Shown: piece by piece, positions 43,721 to 53,043 of the stretch
Layout: each line of letters opens with the position of its first letter
How positions within the stretch are numbered: the stretch's first letter is position 1
Source: an uncultured Actinomycetes bacterium
Lineage (GTDB): Bacteria; Actinomycetota; Thermoleophilia; Gaiellales; Gaiellaceae
Assembly: GCA_963755635.1 (NCBI GenBank)
Contig: CAVWKS010000026.1
Span: 46,786-110,785, forward strand
DNA: 64,000 nucleotides
Direction of reading: 5' to 3'
Program-made: the position numbers and the translations under genes
The notes under the pieces: model-generated
The model's input: the letters and a program-made list of their open reading frames with translations, nothing else
Told to the model about the DNA's origin: nothing
Database searches by the model: none

Positions 43721-44559
43721 CCCCGGGCGAGCGCGCGGTCCTGATCACCGGCGCCTCCTCCGGGATCGGCAAGGCGTGCGCCTTGCGGCTCGCCCGGGGA
43801 GGGTGGCGCGTGCTCGCCGGCGTGCGCAGGCGAGAAGACGGGGAGCGGTTGCTGGAGGAGGCGGGAGAGGGCCTCGAGCCGATCCTGCTCGACGTGACCG
43901 AGGCTCGCTCGATCGCGGCGGCGGCGGAGCGGCTCGGCGAGGGCGCGCTCCAGGGCCTCGTCAACAACGCGGGGATCGCGCTCGGGTTGCCCCTCGAGCA
44001 CCTTCCGCTCGACGAGCTGCGCCGCCAGCTCGAGGTGAATCTCGTGGGCCAGGTCGCCGTCACGCAGGCGCTGCTGCCGCATCTCCGCCGCGGGCCGGGA
44101 CGCATCGTCAACGTCGGCTCGATCGCCGGGCGCAGCGCGCTGCCGTTCCTCGGCGCCTACGCCGCGTCGAAGCACGCGCTCGAGGCGGTCACCGACTCGC
44201 TGCGCGTCGAGCTGCGGCCCTTCGGGATCGAGGTCGCGATCGTGGAGCCCGGGACGATCGCGACGGAGATCTGGCAAACCGCGGCCGAGACGTCGCAGCG
44301 GGTCGCCGCGGGACTGGCCCCGGAGGCGCTTGCCCTCTACGCCGAGCGGGCGGCGGCCTTCCGCAAGGCGGCGGCGGCCGCCGCCGGGCGGGCAGAGCCG
44401 GCGGATGAGGTGGCGAGGATCGTCGAGCACGCGCTCACGGCGCGGCGGCCGAAGACGCGCTACCGGGTCGGGCGCGACGCCGCGCGGCGGGCTTGGGTCG
44501 AGCGCCTTCCGGATCGGCTGCGCGACCGGGTCTACGAGCGCGTGCTGCTGCGGGGATGA
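43717..44559 (+). CDS. SDR-family oxidoreductase
   Basis: GTG 43717 overlaps the upstream stop. It has TGASSGIG, NNAG and the YAASK catalytic motif. Confidence 0.85.
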   Translation: MTPGERAVLITGASSGIGKACALRLARGGWRVLAGVRRREDGERLLEEAGEGLEPILLDVTEARSIAAAAERLGEGALQGLVNNAGIALGLPLEHLPLDELRRQLEVNLVGQVAVTQALLPHLRRGPGRIVNVGSIAGRSALPFLGAYAASKHALEAVTDSLRVELRPFGIEVAIVEPGTIATEIWQTAAETSQRVAAGLAPEALALYAERAAAFRKAAAAAAGRAEPADEVARIVEHALTARRPKTRYRVGRDAARRAWVERLPDRLRDRVYERVLLRG

Positions 44560-45335
44560 CGCTCCATCTGCACGAGTGGGGCGCGACGGGCTCGCCGCCG
44601 CTCGTCTGCCTCCACGGAGTCAGCGCCCACGGCGCGCGGTTCCGGCGGCTGGCGGAGGGGCGGCTGGCGGCGCGCTTCCGCGTCCTCGCGCCGGATCTGC
44701 GCGGGCACGGCCGCTCCACCTGGGAGCCGCCATGGGGCATCGATACTCAGCTTGACGACGTGCTCGGGACTGTCGAGGCGGCCGGCGTCGAGTCCGCCGT
44801 CTGGCTCGGCCACAGCCTCGGCGGACGCCTGATCCTCGAGCTCGCGGCGCGCGAGCCGGAGCGGGTCGAGCGGGCAGTGCTGCTCGACCCCGCGATCCGG
44901 CTCCGTCCCGACATAGCCCTCCGGCTGGCGGACCAGGCCAGGCGCGAGCTCTGGTTCTCGAGCCCGGCCGAAGCAGTCCCGCCGGGGCTCGGCGGGCCGC
45001 TCTTCCACACGCCGCCCGAGCTCCTCGCCGAGGAGCGTGAGCAGCATCTCGAGGCGTTCGGCGGCGGCTACCGCTGGCGCTACTGCACGAGCGCCGTGGT
45101 CGCCCTGCTCGGAGAGCTCGCCTCGTGGGCGCCGCCGCCCGAGCAGCTGCGTGCGCCGGTCCTGCTCGTCCTAGGGGCCGACGAGAGCGTGGTCGGGCCC
45201 CGCCAGCTCGAGCGCTACCGGCGCGCGCTCGGAGACCGCCTGCAGGTCGAGACGGTCCCGGGTGGGCACCTCGTCCTCTGGGATGCGTTCGAGGAGACGG
45301 CCGAGGCGGCGGCGGGATTTCTCGGCACGGCGTAG
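44556..45335 (+). CDS. alpha/beta-fold hydrolase
   Basis: ATG 44556 forms an ATGA overlap. It has the HG oxyanion motif (LHGVSAHG) and the nucleophile elbow GHSLGG. Confidence 0.8.
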   Translation: MTLHLHEWGATGSPPLVCLHGVSAHGARFRRLAEGRLAARFRVLAPDLRGHGRSTWEPPWGIDTQLDDVLGTVEAAGVESAVWLGHSLGGRLILELAAREPERVERAVLLDPAIRLRPDIALRLADQARRELWFSSPAEAVPPGLGGPLFHTPPELLAEEREQHLEAFGGGYRWRYCTSAVVALLGELASWAPPPEQLRAPVLLVLGADESVVGPRQLERYRRALGDRLQVETVPGGHLVLWDAFEETAEAAAGFLGTA

Positions 45336-45349
45336 AGTTTTCTCTGCAA

Positions 45350-45754
45350 ATGGGGCACACGTTCGGGATGCTGGAGGAGCTCGGCGAGGGCTACGGCTTC
45401 CGCAAGGTCAGGCGCGCGCTCGGGGTGGACGCGTTCGGGGTCAACGCGATCGTGATGCCGCCGGGCTACGACGGCTTCGAGCACTACCACGACCTGCAGG
45501 ACGAGCTGTACTTCGTCCACGCCGGGACGGCGCGCGTCGAGGTCGAAGGCGAGGTCCGCGAGCTCGGGCCCGGCGGGCTCTGCCACGTCGAGGCGACGAC
45601 GCCCCGGAAGATCTCGAACGGCGGCGACGACGACCTCGTCCTGCTCGTCGTCGGCGGCAAGGGCGGCTACGTGGAGCGCGACGGCCACCTCGTGCACGCG
45701 GACGACCTCGAGCGCCGCCGCGCGTTCTCTGCCGAGGAAGGAGGCGGGTCGTGA
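45350..45754 (+). CDS. cupin-domain protein
   Basis: This is an in-frame ATG of ORF 45125..45754. The cupin motifs are FEHYHDLQDELYFVHAG and GGLCHVEA. Confidence 0.7.
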   Translation: MGHTFGMLEELGEGYGFRKVRRALGVDAFGVNAIVMPPGYDGFEHYHDLQDELYFVHAGTARVEVEGEVRELGPGGLCHVEATTPRKISNGGDDDLVLLVVGGKGGYVERDGHLVHADDLERRRAFSAEEGGGS

Positions 45755-47355
45755 AGGGCCAGATGATGGACTACCAGCTGACGCTGCCGACGATCCTGCG
45801 CCGGGCGGAGACGTACTTCGGCGAGAAAGAGATCGTCACTCGGCTGCCGGATCGGAGCTTCCACCGCTACACCTACGCCGACTTCACGAGGCGGGCGCGG
45901 CAGCTCGCGGTTGCGTTGACGGAGCTCGGCCTCGAGCGTGGCGACCGAGTCGCCACGCTGTGCTGGAACCACTACCAGCACCTCGAGGCGTACTTCGGGG
46001 TCCCGTGCGGCGGCTTCGTGCTGCACACGCTCAACCTGCGGCTGCACGCGAACGAGCTCGCGTTCATCGCCGAGCACGGCGGCGATCGCGCGGTGATCGT
46101 CGACGCCGCGCTCGTGCCGCTGCTCGAGCAGTTCCGGGAGCGCACCGCGATCGAGCATGTCTTCGTCGTCGAGGACGGCTACGAGGAGCTGCTCGCGGGC
46201 GCGGACCCGGACACCTGGCAAGACCCTGGGCTCGACGAAGAAGAAGCCGCCGCAATGTGCTACACGTCAGGCACGACCGGGCTCCCGAAGGGCGTCGTCT
46301 ACTCGCACCGGTCGACCCTCCTGCACACGCTCGGCGTCGCCGCCGGCAACCCGCTCGGCCTCGGCATCTCCGAGGAGGACACGATCCTCCCCGTCGTGCC
46401 GATGTTCCACGCGAACGCTTGGGGCTATCCGTACGTCGCGACGATGCTGGGCGCGAATCACGTCTACCCCGGGCCGCACCTCGACGCAGAGAGCCTCCTC
46501 GACGACTTCGTGCTGGAGCAGGTGACGTGGACGGCCGGGGTGCCGACGATCTGGCTCGGGATCCTCCAGCTGCTCGACGAGAACCCGGGGCGCTGGGACC
46601 TGACGCACCTGAAGGGCATGCTCGTCGGCGGCTCCGCTGCCCCGCGCGCGATGATCGCCGGCTTCAAGCAGCGGCACGGCCTCGTCGTCTGCCACGGCTG
46701 GGGGATGACGGAGACCTCGCCTGTCGCGACCTTCGCCTCGCTGCCGGGAGCGCTCGGCGAGGCTGACGAGGAGACCCAGCTCGACTACGGGGCGATGCAG
46801 GGGATGCCGCTGCCGCTGGTAGAGCTGCGCGCCCGGGACGCCGACGGCAACGAGGTGCCCTGGGACGGAAGCACGATGGGCGAGCTCGAGGTGCGCGGGC
46901 CGTGGGTCTCGGCGTCCTACTACGAGGCGCCCGAGCAGGCCGATCGCTGGACGGAGGACGGGTGGTTCCGGACCGGCGACATCGTCTCGATCGACCCCAG
47001 CGGCTTCATCCAGATCCAGGACCGGACGAAGGACGTGATCAAGTCGGGCGGTGAGTGGATCTCCTCGGTCGCGCTCGAGAACCAGCTGATGGCGCACGAT
47101 GCTGTCGCCGAGGCGGCCGTGATCGCGATCCCGGATCCGAAGTGGCAGGAGCGGCCGCTGGCGGTGGTGGTGCTCAGGGCCGGCCGGTCCGCGACCGCTG
47201 AGGAGCTGCGCGACTTCCTGGCGCCGCACTTCGCGAAGTGGTGGCTGCCCGACCGCTTCGAGTTCGTCGACGAGATCCCGAAGACAGCAGTCGGGAAGTT
47301 CCGCAAGACCGCCCTGCGCGAGCAGTTCGTCCAGGCGCCCGTCCCGGCCTCCTGA
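45751..47355 (+). CDS. acyl-CoA synthetase (AMP-forming, FadD-like medium/long-chain)
   Basis: GTG 45751 forms a GTGA overlap (alternative ATG 45763). It has the AMP-binding motif YTSGTTGLPKGVVYSHRS and, downstream, GWFRTGD and KSGGEWIS. Confidence 0.9.
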   Translation: MKGQMMDYQLTLPTILRRAETYFGEKEIVTRLPDRSFHRYTYADFTRRARQLAVALTELGLERGDRVATLCWNHYQHLEAYFGVPCGGFVLHTLNLRLHANELAFIAEHGGDRAVIVDAALVPLLEQFRERTAIEHVFVVEDGYEELLAGADPDTWQDPGLDEEEAAAMCYTSGTTGLPKGVVYSHRSTLLHTLGVAAGNPLGLGISEEDTILPVVPMFHANAWGYPYVATMLGANHVYPGPHLDAESLLDDFVLEQVTWTAGVPTIWLGILQLLDENPGRWDLTHLKGMLVGGSAAPRAMIAGFKQRHGLVVCHGWGMTETSPVATFASLPGALGEADEETQLDYGAMQGMPLPLVELRARDADGNEVPWDGSTMGELEVRGPWVSASYYEAPEQADRWTEDGWFRTGDIVSIDPSGFIQIQDRTKDVIKSGGEWISSVALENQLMAHDAVAEAAVIAIPDPKWQERPLAVVVLRAGRSATAEELRDFLAPHFAKWWLPDRFEFVDEIPKTAVGKFRKTALREQFVQAPVPAS

Positions 47356-47356
47356 C

Positions 47357-48064
47357 GTGGAGGCGGGGAGGGCGCGCTTCCCCGGGACGGCGCTCGTCAC
47401 CGGCGGCGCCTCCGGGATCGGCGCCGCGATCGTCGAGCTGCTCGAGCGCGAGGGCTGCGCGACCACCGTCCTGGACGCGCGGGACGGCTTCGACGTGGGC
47501 GACCCGGCGGCCTGGGAGACGGTCGGTTCCGTCGAGCTCGCGTGCCTGAACGCCGGTGTCACGACGGGCGTCGCGGACCTCAAGGACGTCCCGGACGAGG
47601 CGTACCTCCGCATCCGCGGCGCGAACCTGGACGGCGTCGTCTTCGGCGTGCGGCGCCTGGCCCGCGTGATGGAGCCCGGCGGCGCCATCGTTGTCACCGC
47701 CTCCCTGGCAGGGCTCGTGCCCACGGAGCGCGATCCGCTCTACACGCTGACGAAGCACGGCGTTGTCGGCTTCGTTCGTGCCGTCGCGCCCGAGCTCGAG
47801 GCTCGCGGGCTCCGGATCTGCGCGGTCGCCCCGGGGTTTGCAGACACGCCGCTGCTCGACGAGGAGACGCGCGCCGCGATGGAGGCGGCCCGCTTCCCGC
47901 TGCTCCGCCCCGCGGAGGTGGCGGAGGCGGTGCTGCGGGCGGCGCGCGAGGCACGCACGGGCGAAGTGTGGGTCGTGCAGCCGGGCCGCGAGCCGGTCCC
48001 GTTCAGGTTCCCGAACGTGCCGGGCGCCCGCAGGCCGGACGGCGCGCCGGCACCTCCTCCGTAG
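47357..48064 (+). CDS. SDR-family oxidoreductase
   Basis: ORF 47357..48064 begins 1 nt after the ligase stop. It has TGGASGIG and the YTLTK catalytic motif. Confidence 0.85.
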   Translation: MEAGRARFPGTALVTGGASGIGAAIVELLEREGCATTVLDARDGFDVGDPAAWETVGSVELACLNAGVTTGVADLKDVPDEAYLRIRGANLDGVVFGVRRLARVMEPGGAIVVTASLAGLVPTERDPLYTLTKHGVVGFVRAVAPELEARGLRICAVAPGFADTPLLDEETRAAMEAARFPLLRPAEVAEAVLRAAREARTGEVWVVQPGREPVPFRFPNVPGARRPDGAPAPPP

Positions 48065-48074
48065 CCGTCGCGAT

Positions 48075-49283
48075 CTAGGTGAACTCCCAGCGGCCGCCGT
48101 CCGCGAAGGCAGCGAGGATCCGGCGGCTGACGACCATGCGGTGCACCTCGTCCGGCCCGTCGTAGATGCGGCCGCCGCGCGCCATCAGCGCCATCGCGGC
48201 CAGCGGCGTCTCGTGTGTCAGCCCGAGGGCGCCGTGCACCTGGATCGCCCTGTCGAGCACGTCGTTCAGGACGCGGGCCGCGTAGAACTTGACCAGCGAG
48301 ATCTCGACGCGGGCCTCCTCGCCCCGGTCGATCTTGTGCGCGGCGTCGAGCGTCAGCAGCCGGCAGGCCTGGATCTCGGCCGCCGAGTCGGCAATCCAGT
48401 TCTGGACGGTCTGCTTCTCCGCCAGCGGCCCGCCGAAGGCCTCACGCTCGAGCGCACGGCTGCAGAGGAGCTCGAAGCCGCGCTGCATCTGGCCGAGCCA
48501 GCGCATGACGTGGTGGATGCGCCCGGGCCCGAGCCGCTTCTGCGCGATCCGGAAGCCGGCGCCGCGCTCGCCGAGCAGGTTCTCGAGCGGGACGCGCACG
48601 TCCGAGTAGCGGACCTCGCAGTGGGTCGACCAGCCGCGGCCGCGGTGGCCGAGGACCGGCACCGCAGTGATCTCCACCCCCGGCGCGTCGGCCGGGACGA
48701 CGATCTGGCTCATCCGGCGGTGCGGCTCCTGCTCCGGCTCCGTCACGGCCATGACGATTCCGAACGCCGCGCCCTCGGCGCCTGTCGAGAACCACTTGTG
48801 TCCGTCGACCACCCACTCGTCGCCGTCCTGAACGGCAGTCGTCCGCAGCCCCGTGGGATCCGCTCCCGACACCTCCGGCTCCGTCATCGAGAAGAACGAG
48901 CGCACCTCGCCCGCGACGAGCGGCCGCAGCCAGCGTGCTTGCTGCTCCTCGCTGCCGAACAGGTGCAGGATCTCGGCGTTGCCCGCGTCGGGCGCCTGGC
49001 AGCCGAAGACGAGCTGGGCCCAGACGCTGCGGCCGATCACCTCGTTCAGGTAGGCGTAGGCCAGGAAGCCACGGCCGCTGCCACCCGCCTCGGGGCCGAT
49101 GTGCGGCGCCCAGAGCCCCTCGGCCTTCGCCTTCCCGCGCAGCTCGGCGACGAGCGCATCGGCGTCGTCGTCCTCGCGTCCGAGCGCGGGCTCGTTCGGG
49201 TAGACGTGCTCGTCCATGAACGCCCGGTAGCGCTCCCGCAGCTCGCGGACCTCCTCCGCGGGCTCGAGATCGGCGATTGCCAC
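48075..49283 (-). CDS. acyl-CoA dehydrogenase of the ACAD10/ACAD11-like subfamily
   Basis: ORF 48075..49283. CQAPDAGNAEILHLFGSEEQ, FSMTEPEVSGADPT and especially KRLGPGRIHHVMRWLG match the pattern I recall for ACAD10/11-type enzymes. Confidence 0.88.
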   Translation of the reverse strand: MAIADLEPAEEVRELRERYRAFMDEHVYPNEPALGREDDDADALVAELRGKAKAEGLWAPHIGPEAGGSGRGFLAYAYLNEVIGRSVWAQLVFGCQAPDAGNAEILHLFGSEEQQARWLRPLVAGEVRSFFSMTEPEVSGADPTGLRTTAVQDGDEWVVDGHKWFSTGAEGAAFGIVMAVTEPEQEPHRRMSQIVVPADAPGVEITAVPVLGHRGRGWSTHCEVRYSDVRVPLENLLGERGAGFRIAQKRLGPGRIHHVMRWLGQMQRGFELLCSRALEREAFGGPLAEKQTVQNWIADSAAEIQACRLLTLDAAHKIDRGEEARVEISLVKFYAARVLNDVLDRAIQVHGALGLTHETPLAAMALMARGGRIYDGPDEVHRMVVSRRILAAFADGGRWEFT

Positions 49284-49303
49284 GGCGTTAGCATTGCACG
49301 TTC

Positions 49304-50314
49304 GTGCGCCTCGGCCTGTACCTCGGCTACGCCCCGCCCGGTACGAATCCGACGGAGCTGATCGCTCTCGCGGAGGAGGCCGAGCGGCTCGGCTTCGACT
49401 CGGCGTGGGCGGCGGAGGCCTGGGGGACGGATGCGGTCACCGTGCTCTCCTTCCTCGCCGCGCGCACGACCACGCTGAAGGTCGGCTCCGCGATCATGCA
49501 GATCCCGGCGCGGACCCCGGCCAACACGGCGATGACGGCGATGACGCTCGACCTGCTGAGCGACGGGCGCTTCCTGCTCGGCCTCGGCGTCTCGGGGCCG
49601 CAGGTCGTCGAGGGCTGGCACGGGCAGCCGTGGGGCAGGCCGCTCGAGAAGACGCGTGAGTACGTCGAGATCGTGCGCGCAGCCCTGCGACGGGAGCCGC
49701 TCGAACATCACGGGCGGCACTACGACGTGCCCTACACCGGCCCGGGGGCGACCGGGCTCGGCAAGCCGCTGAAGCTGCTCGGCCGCCCGCTGCGCGCGGA
49801 GGTTCCGATCTACCTCGCCGCGCTCGGGCCCAGGAGCGTCGAGCTGGCGGCAGAGATCGCAGACGGCTGGCTGCCGCTCTACCTCTCGCCCGAGCGCTTC
49901 GACGAGCTCTTCCGACCTCACCTCGAGCACGCGCGCGAGGGGTTCGAGATCGCGGCGGCCGTGCACGTCGTTCCCGGCGACGACCTCGAGGCCTGCCGGG
50001 CCGTGGTGAAGCAGGTGCTTGCCCTCTACATCGGCGGCATGGGTGCTCGGGGGAGCAACTTCTACAACGACGCCGTCCGCCGGTACGGGTACGAGCGCGA
50101 GGCGGACGAGGTGCAGGAGCTCTACCTCGGCGGCCGGCAACGGGACGCTGCGGCCGCGGTCCCCGACGCGCTCGTCGACGAGGTCGCGCTCGTCGGCTCG
50201 CGTGAGCGGATCGCCGACCGGCTGGCGGCGTGGCGCGAGTGCGGCGTGACGACGCTCCTCTGCCAGACCCGCGACGTCGAGGCGCTGCGGCTGCTCGCGG
50301 AGCTGGCGGCCTAG
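49304..50314 (+). CDS. LLM-class (luciferase-like) F420-dependent oxidoreductase
   Basis: ORF 49304..50314. It has MRLGLYLGY...FDSAWAAEAWGTDAV...LGLGVSGPQVVEGWHG. Confidence 0.85.
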   Translation: MRLGLYLGYAPPGTNPTELIALAEEAERLGFDSAWAAEAWGTDAVTVLSFLAARTTTLKVGSAIMQIPARTPANTAMTAMTLDLLSDGRFLLGLGVSGPQVVEGWHGQPWGRPLEKTREYVEIVRAALRREPLEHHGRHYDVPYTGPGATGLGKPLKLLGRPLRAEVPIYLAALGPRSVELAAEIADGWLPLYLSPERFDELFRPHLEHAREGFEIAAAVHVVPGDDLEACRAVVKQVLALYIGGMGARGSNFYNDAVRRYGYEREADEVQELYLGGRQRDAAAAVPDALVDEVALVGSRERIADRLAAWRECGVTTLLCQTRDVEALRLLAELAA

Positions 50315-50322
50315 GCGGAATC

Positions 50323-51090
50323 GTGAACGTCCGCGAGCTCTTCGACCTCGAAGGCAAATCGGCGATCGTGACCGGCGGGGGCACCGGCATCGGCCGGCAG
50401 ATGGCGCAGGCGCTCGCCGAGGCCGGCGCGAGCCTCGTCCTCTGTGCGCGCAACGCGGAGCGCTGCGAGCAGGCGGCCGCGGAGCTGTCCGCGCTCGGGG
50501 TGCGGGCCCTCGGCCTGCGCTGCGACGTCCGCAAGCCGGACGACGTCCAGGCGGTTGTCGACCGCACGCGTCAGGAGCTCGGGCGCATCGACATCCTCGT
50601 CAACAACGCCGGCACGGTCTGGGGCGCCTCGCCTGAGGAGATGCCGCTCGAGGGCTGGCAGAAGGTGCTCGACGTCAACCTGACCGGCGTCTTCCTCTGC
50701 TCGCAGGCGGCGGGCCGGGTGATGATCGAGCAACAGGCCGGCAAGATCGTCAACGTGGCCTCCGTAGCCGGGCTCGAAGGCGCGCCCGCCGAGGTGATGA
50801 ACTCGCTCCCCTACCACGCGACGAAGGGCGGCGTCATCGCGCTCACCCGCGACCTCGCGTGGAAGTGGGCCCGGCACGGGATCAACGTCAACGCGCTTGC
50901 TCCCGGCTGGTTTCCGAGCGACATGTCGCGCTACGTCCTCGACCGGCAGCCGCAGCTCATCGAACGGATCCCGCTCGGGCGGTTCGGCGGCCAGGAGGAC
51001 CTCAAGGGCGCCGTGGTCTTCCTCGCCTCCCCGGCGTCCGACTACGTGACGGGTCACACGCTCGTCGTCGACGGCGGCCAGTCCGCGTGA
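50323..51090 (+). CDS. SDR-family oxidoreductase (FabG/gluconate-5-dehydrogenase-like)
   Basis: GTG 50323 lies in the frame of ORF 50230..51090. It has TGGGTGIG, NNAG and YHATK. Confidence 0.85.
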   Translation: MNVRELFDLEGKSAIVTGGGTGIGRQMAQALAEAGASLVLCARNAERCEQAAAELSALGVRALGLRCDVRKPDDVQAVVDRTRQELGRIDILVNNAGTVWGASPEEMPLEGWQKVLDVNLTGVFLCSQAAGRVMIEQQAGKIVNVASVAGLEGAPAEVMNSLPYHATKGGVIALTRDLAWKWARHGINVNALAPGWFPSDMSRYVLDRQPQLIERIPLGRFGGQEDLKGAVVFLASPASDYVTGHTLVVDGGQSA

Positions 51091-52076
51091 GCGGCGAATC
51101 CGCAGGCCCGCCCTGGACGGAGGAGCTTCGCGACGCGCTCGCCGAGCTGCTCGACGGCCCGGTCGAGATCGACAGCGCGCAGATGCTGCCGGGCGGCGCC
51201 TCGAAGGAGGCCTGGGCGGTCGACGTGCGCGGGCCGCAGGGGCCGCTTGAGCTGCTCGTACGACGGGCCGCCGGCGGCGTCATCCACGCCGACACGCTCC
51301 CGCTGGAGCACGAGCTGCGCGTGCTCGAGGCCGCCTACGCCGCGGGCGTGCGGGTGCCGCGCCCGGTCGGCTACCTGGGCGAGCTCGGCGGCCGCGAGGC
51401 GTTCGCGACGGCGCGCGTCGCGGGCGAGACGATCGGCAGGCGGATCGTCCGGAACCCGGAGCTCGCGGCCGCGCGCGAGACGCTGCCGCTGCAGCTCGCC
51501 GACGAGCTGGCGAAGGTGCACGCGATCGATCCCGCAGCCGTCCCGTTCCTCGGCGACCGGGACGTGCTGGAGCAATTCGAGCACGAGCTCGACTCCGTCG
51601 GCGAGCCGCACCCGGCGATCGAGCTCGGGCTGCTCTGGCTGCGGGACCACCGGCCCGAGCCGTTGCGGCCGGTCGTCAGCCACGGCGACTTCCGGCTCGG
51701 CAACGTCGTCGTCTCCGAGCGCGGGCTCGAGTACTTACTGGACTGGGAGTTCGCGCATCTCGGCGACCCGCGCGAGGACCTCGCCTGGCCGCTCGTCCGC
51801 GCCTGGCGCTTCGGCGCCGACGAGCTTCGGCTCGGCGGGATCGCCGAGGTCGAGCCGTATCTGGAGCGCTACTGCGAGCAAAGCGGGCGCGCGATCGCCG
51901 TCGCGGAGCTCTTCTGGTGGGAAGTCCTCGGCAACGTCAAGTGGGCGACCGGGGCGCTGACGCAGTCGCGACGCCACCTCTCGGGGCAGGAGCGAAGCGT
52001 CGAGCTCGCCGTTCTCGGCCGCCTCGCCGCGGAGATGGAGTACGAGCTGCTCGATCTGCTCGAGCGCGTGGCATGA
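51087..52076 (+). CDS. APH-fold phosphotransferase (ACAD10/11 kinase-domain-like, LvaA-like)
   Basis: GTG 51087 forms a GTGA overlap. It has the Brenner motif HGDFRLGN and the DWEFAHLGDP metal-binding motif. Confidence 0.85.
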   Translation: MSGESAGPPWTEELRDALAELLDGPVEIDSAQMLPGGASKEAWAVDVRGPQGPLELLVRRAAGGVIHADTLPLEHELRVLEAAYAAGVRVPRPVGYLGELGGREAFATARVAGETIGRRIVRNPELAAARETLPLQLADELAKVHAIDPAAVPFLGDRDVLEQFEHELDSVGEPHPAIELGLLWLRDHRPEPLRPVVSHGDFRLGNVVVSERGLEYLLDWEFAHLGDPREDLAWPLVRAWRFGADELRLGGIAEVEPYLERYCEQSGRAIAVAELFWWEVLGNVKWATGALTQSRRHLSGQERSVELAVLGRLAAEMEYELLDLLERVA

Positions 52077-52381
52077 GCGACCGCCCGACGGCCGCGGAGC
52101 TCGTCGAGGCGACGCGCGAGTTCCTGGAGGCGGAGGTCCTGCCGGCCCTCACCGACCCGCGACTCCGCTTCCGTGCGCTCGTCGCGGTCAACGCGCTCGG
52201 GATCGCGCAGCGTGAGCTGGAGCACGAGGGCGCCGCCGAGCTCCCGGACGACGACCTTGCGGAGCTGGCGAGGAGCATTCGCCGCGGCGAGGTGCCGGCC
52301 GGCACGCTCGCACGTCTGAAGGAGCACGTGGCGGCGAAACTGCGAATCGCGAGCCCCCGCTACCTCGACCGCTACCAATGA
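52073..52381 (+). CDS. small helical protein (102 aa), probably the DUF6285-type partner of the phosphotransferase
   Basis: ATG 52073 overlaps the kinase stop, and its own stop overlaps the next ATG (ATGA). The family assignment is from memory and is unverified. Confidence 0.6.
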   Translation: MSDRPTAAELVEATREFLEAEVLPALTDPRLRFRALVAVNALGIAQRELEHEGAAELPDDDLAELARSIRRGEVPAGTLARLKEHVAAKLRIASPRYLDRYQ

Positions 52382-53034
52382 GCAGGCGCCGGCTGTACCT
52401 CCTCCGCCACGCGGACGTCGCGTACTTCGACGAGCGCGGCCGGCCCTTGCCGCCGGACGATGCAGCCCTGACGGCCAAGGGCCGTGAGCAGGCGCTCGCC
52501 ACCGCGGAGACGCTGCGCGACGTCCGCTTCGACCGGGTGCTGACCAGCGGCCTCAGGCGCACGGTCGAGACCGCCCGCCTGGTCGCGCCGGACGCGAAGC
52601 TCGAGGCGTGGCCCGACCTGCGCGAGCTCGCTCCCGGACGCCTCACGGCCATCCCGGCGGACGAGCTGGAGGAAGCATTCGTCGGCGCCTTCCGCGGGGC
52701 CGTGCCCGAGAGTCGCAGGTTTCTCGGCGGCGAGACGATCGGCGCGCTGCTCGACCGCGTCCTACCCGCCCTCGAGCGCCTGCTCGCGGACCGGGCCTGG
52801 GACGTCGTGCTCGCGGTCCTGCACGGCGGCGTCAACCGGGCGATCCTGTCCTTCGCCCTCACCGGGCAGCGCTCGTTCCTCGGCGGGTTCGAGCAGGCGC
52901 CCGCCTGCGTCAACGTCCTCGACGTGGGAGACGACTGGATCGTGCGGGCGGTCAACGTGACGCCCTACGACCTCGTCCATCGCCACGATCGTACGACGAC
53001 GATGGAACGGCTCTTCGCGCAGTACCGGCCGTAG
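52378..53034 (+). CDS. histidine phosphatase-family protein (phosphoglycerate-mutase-like)
   Basis: ORF 52378..53034. It has an LRHA motif at the N-terminus, GLRRTVETA, and a downstream LHGGV histidine. Confidence 0.85.
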   Translation: MSRRRLYLLRHADVAYFDERGRPLPPDDAALTAKGREQALATAETLRDVRFDRVLTSGLRRTVETARLVAPDAKLEAWPDLRELAPGRLTAIPADELEEAFVGAFRGAVPESRRFLGGETIGALLDRVLPALERLLADRAWDVVLAVLHGGVNRAILSFALTGQRSFLGGFEQAPACVNVLDVGDDWIVRAVNVTPYDLVHRHDRTTTMERLFAQYRP

Positions 53035-53043
53035 GATTGAGGC

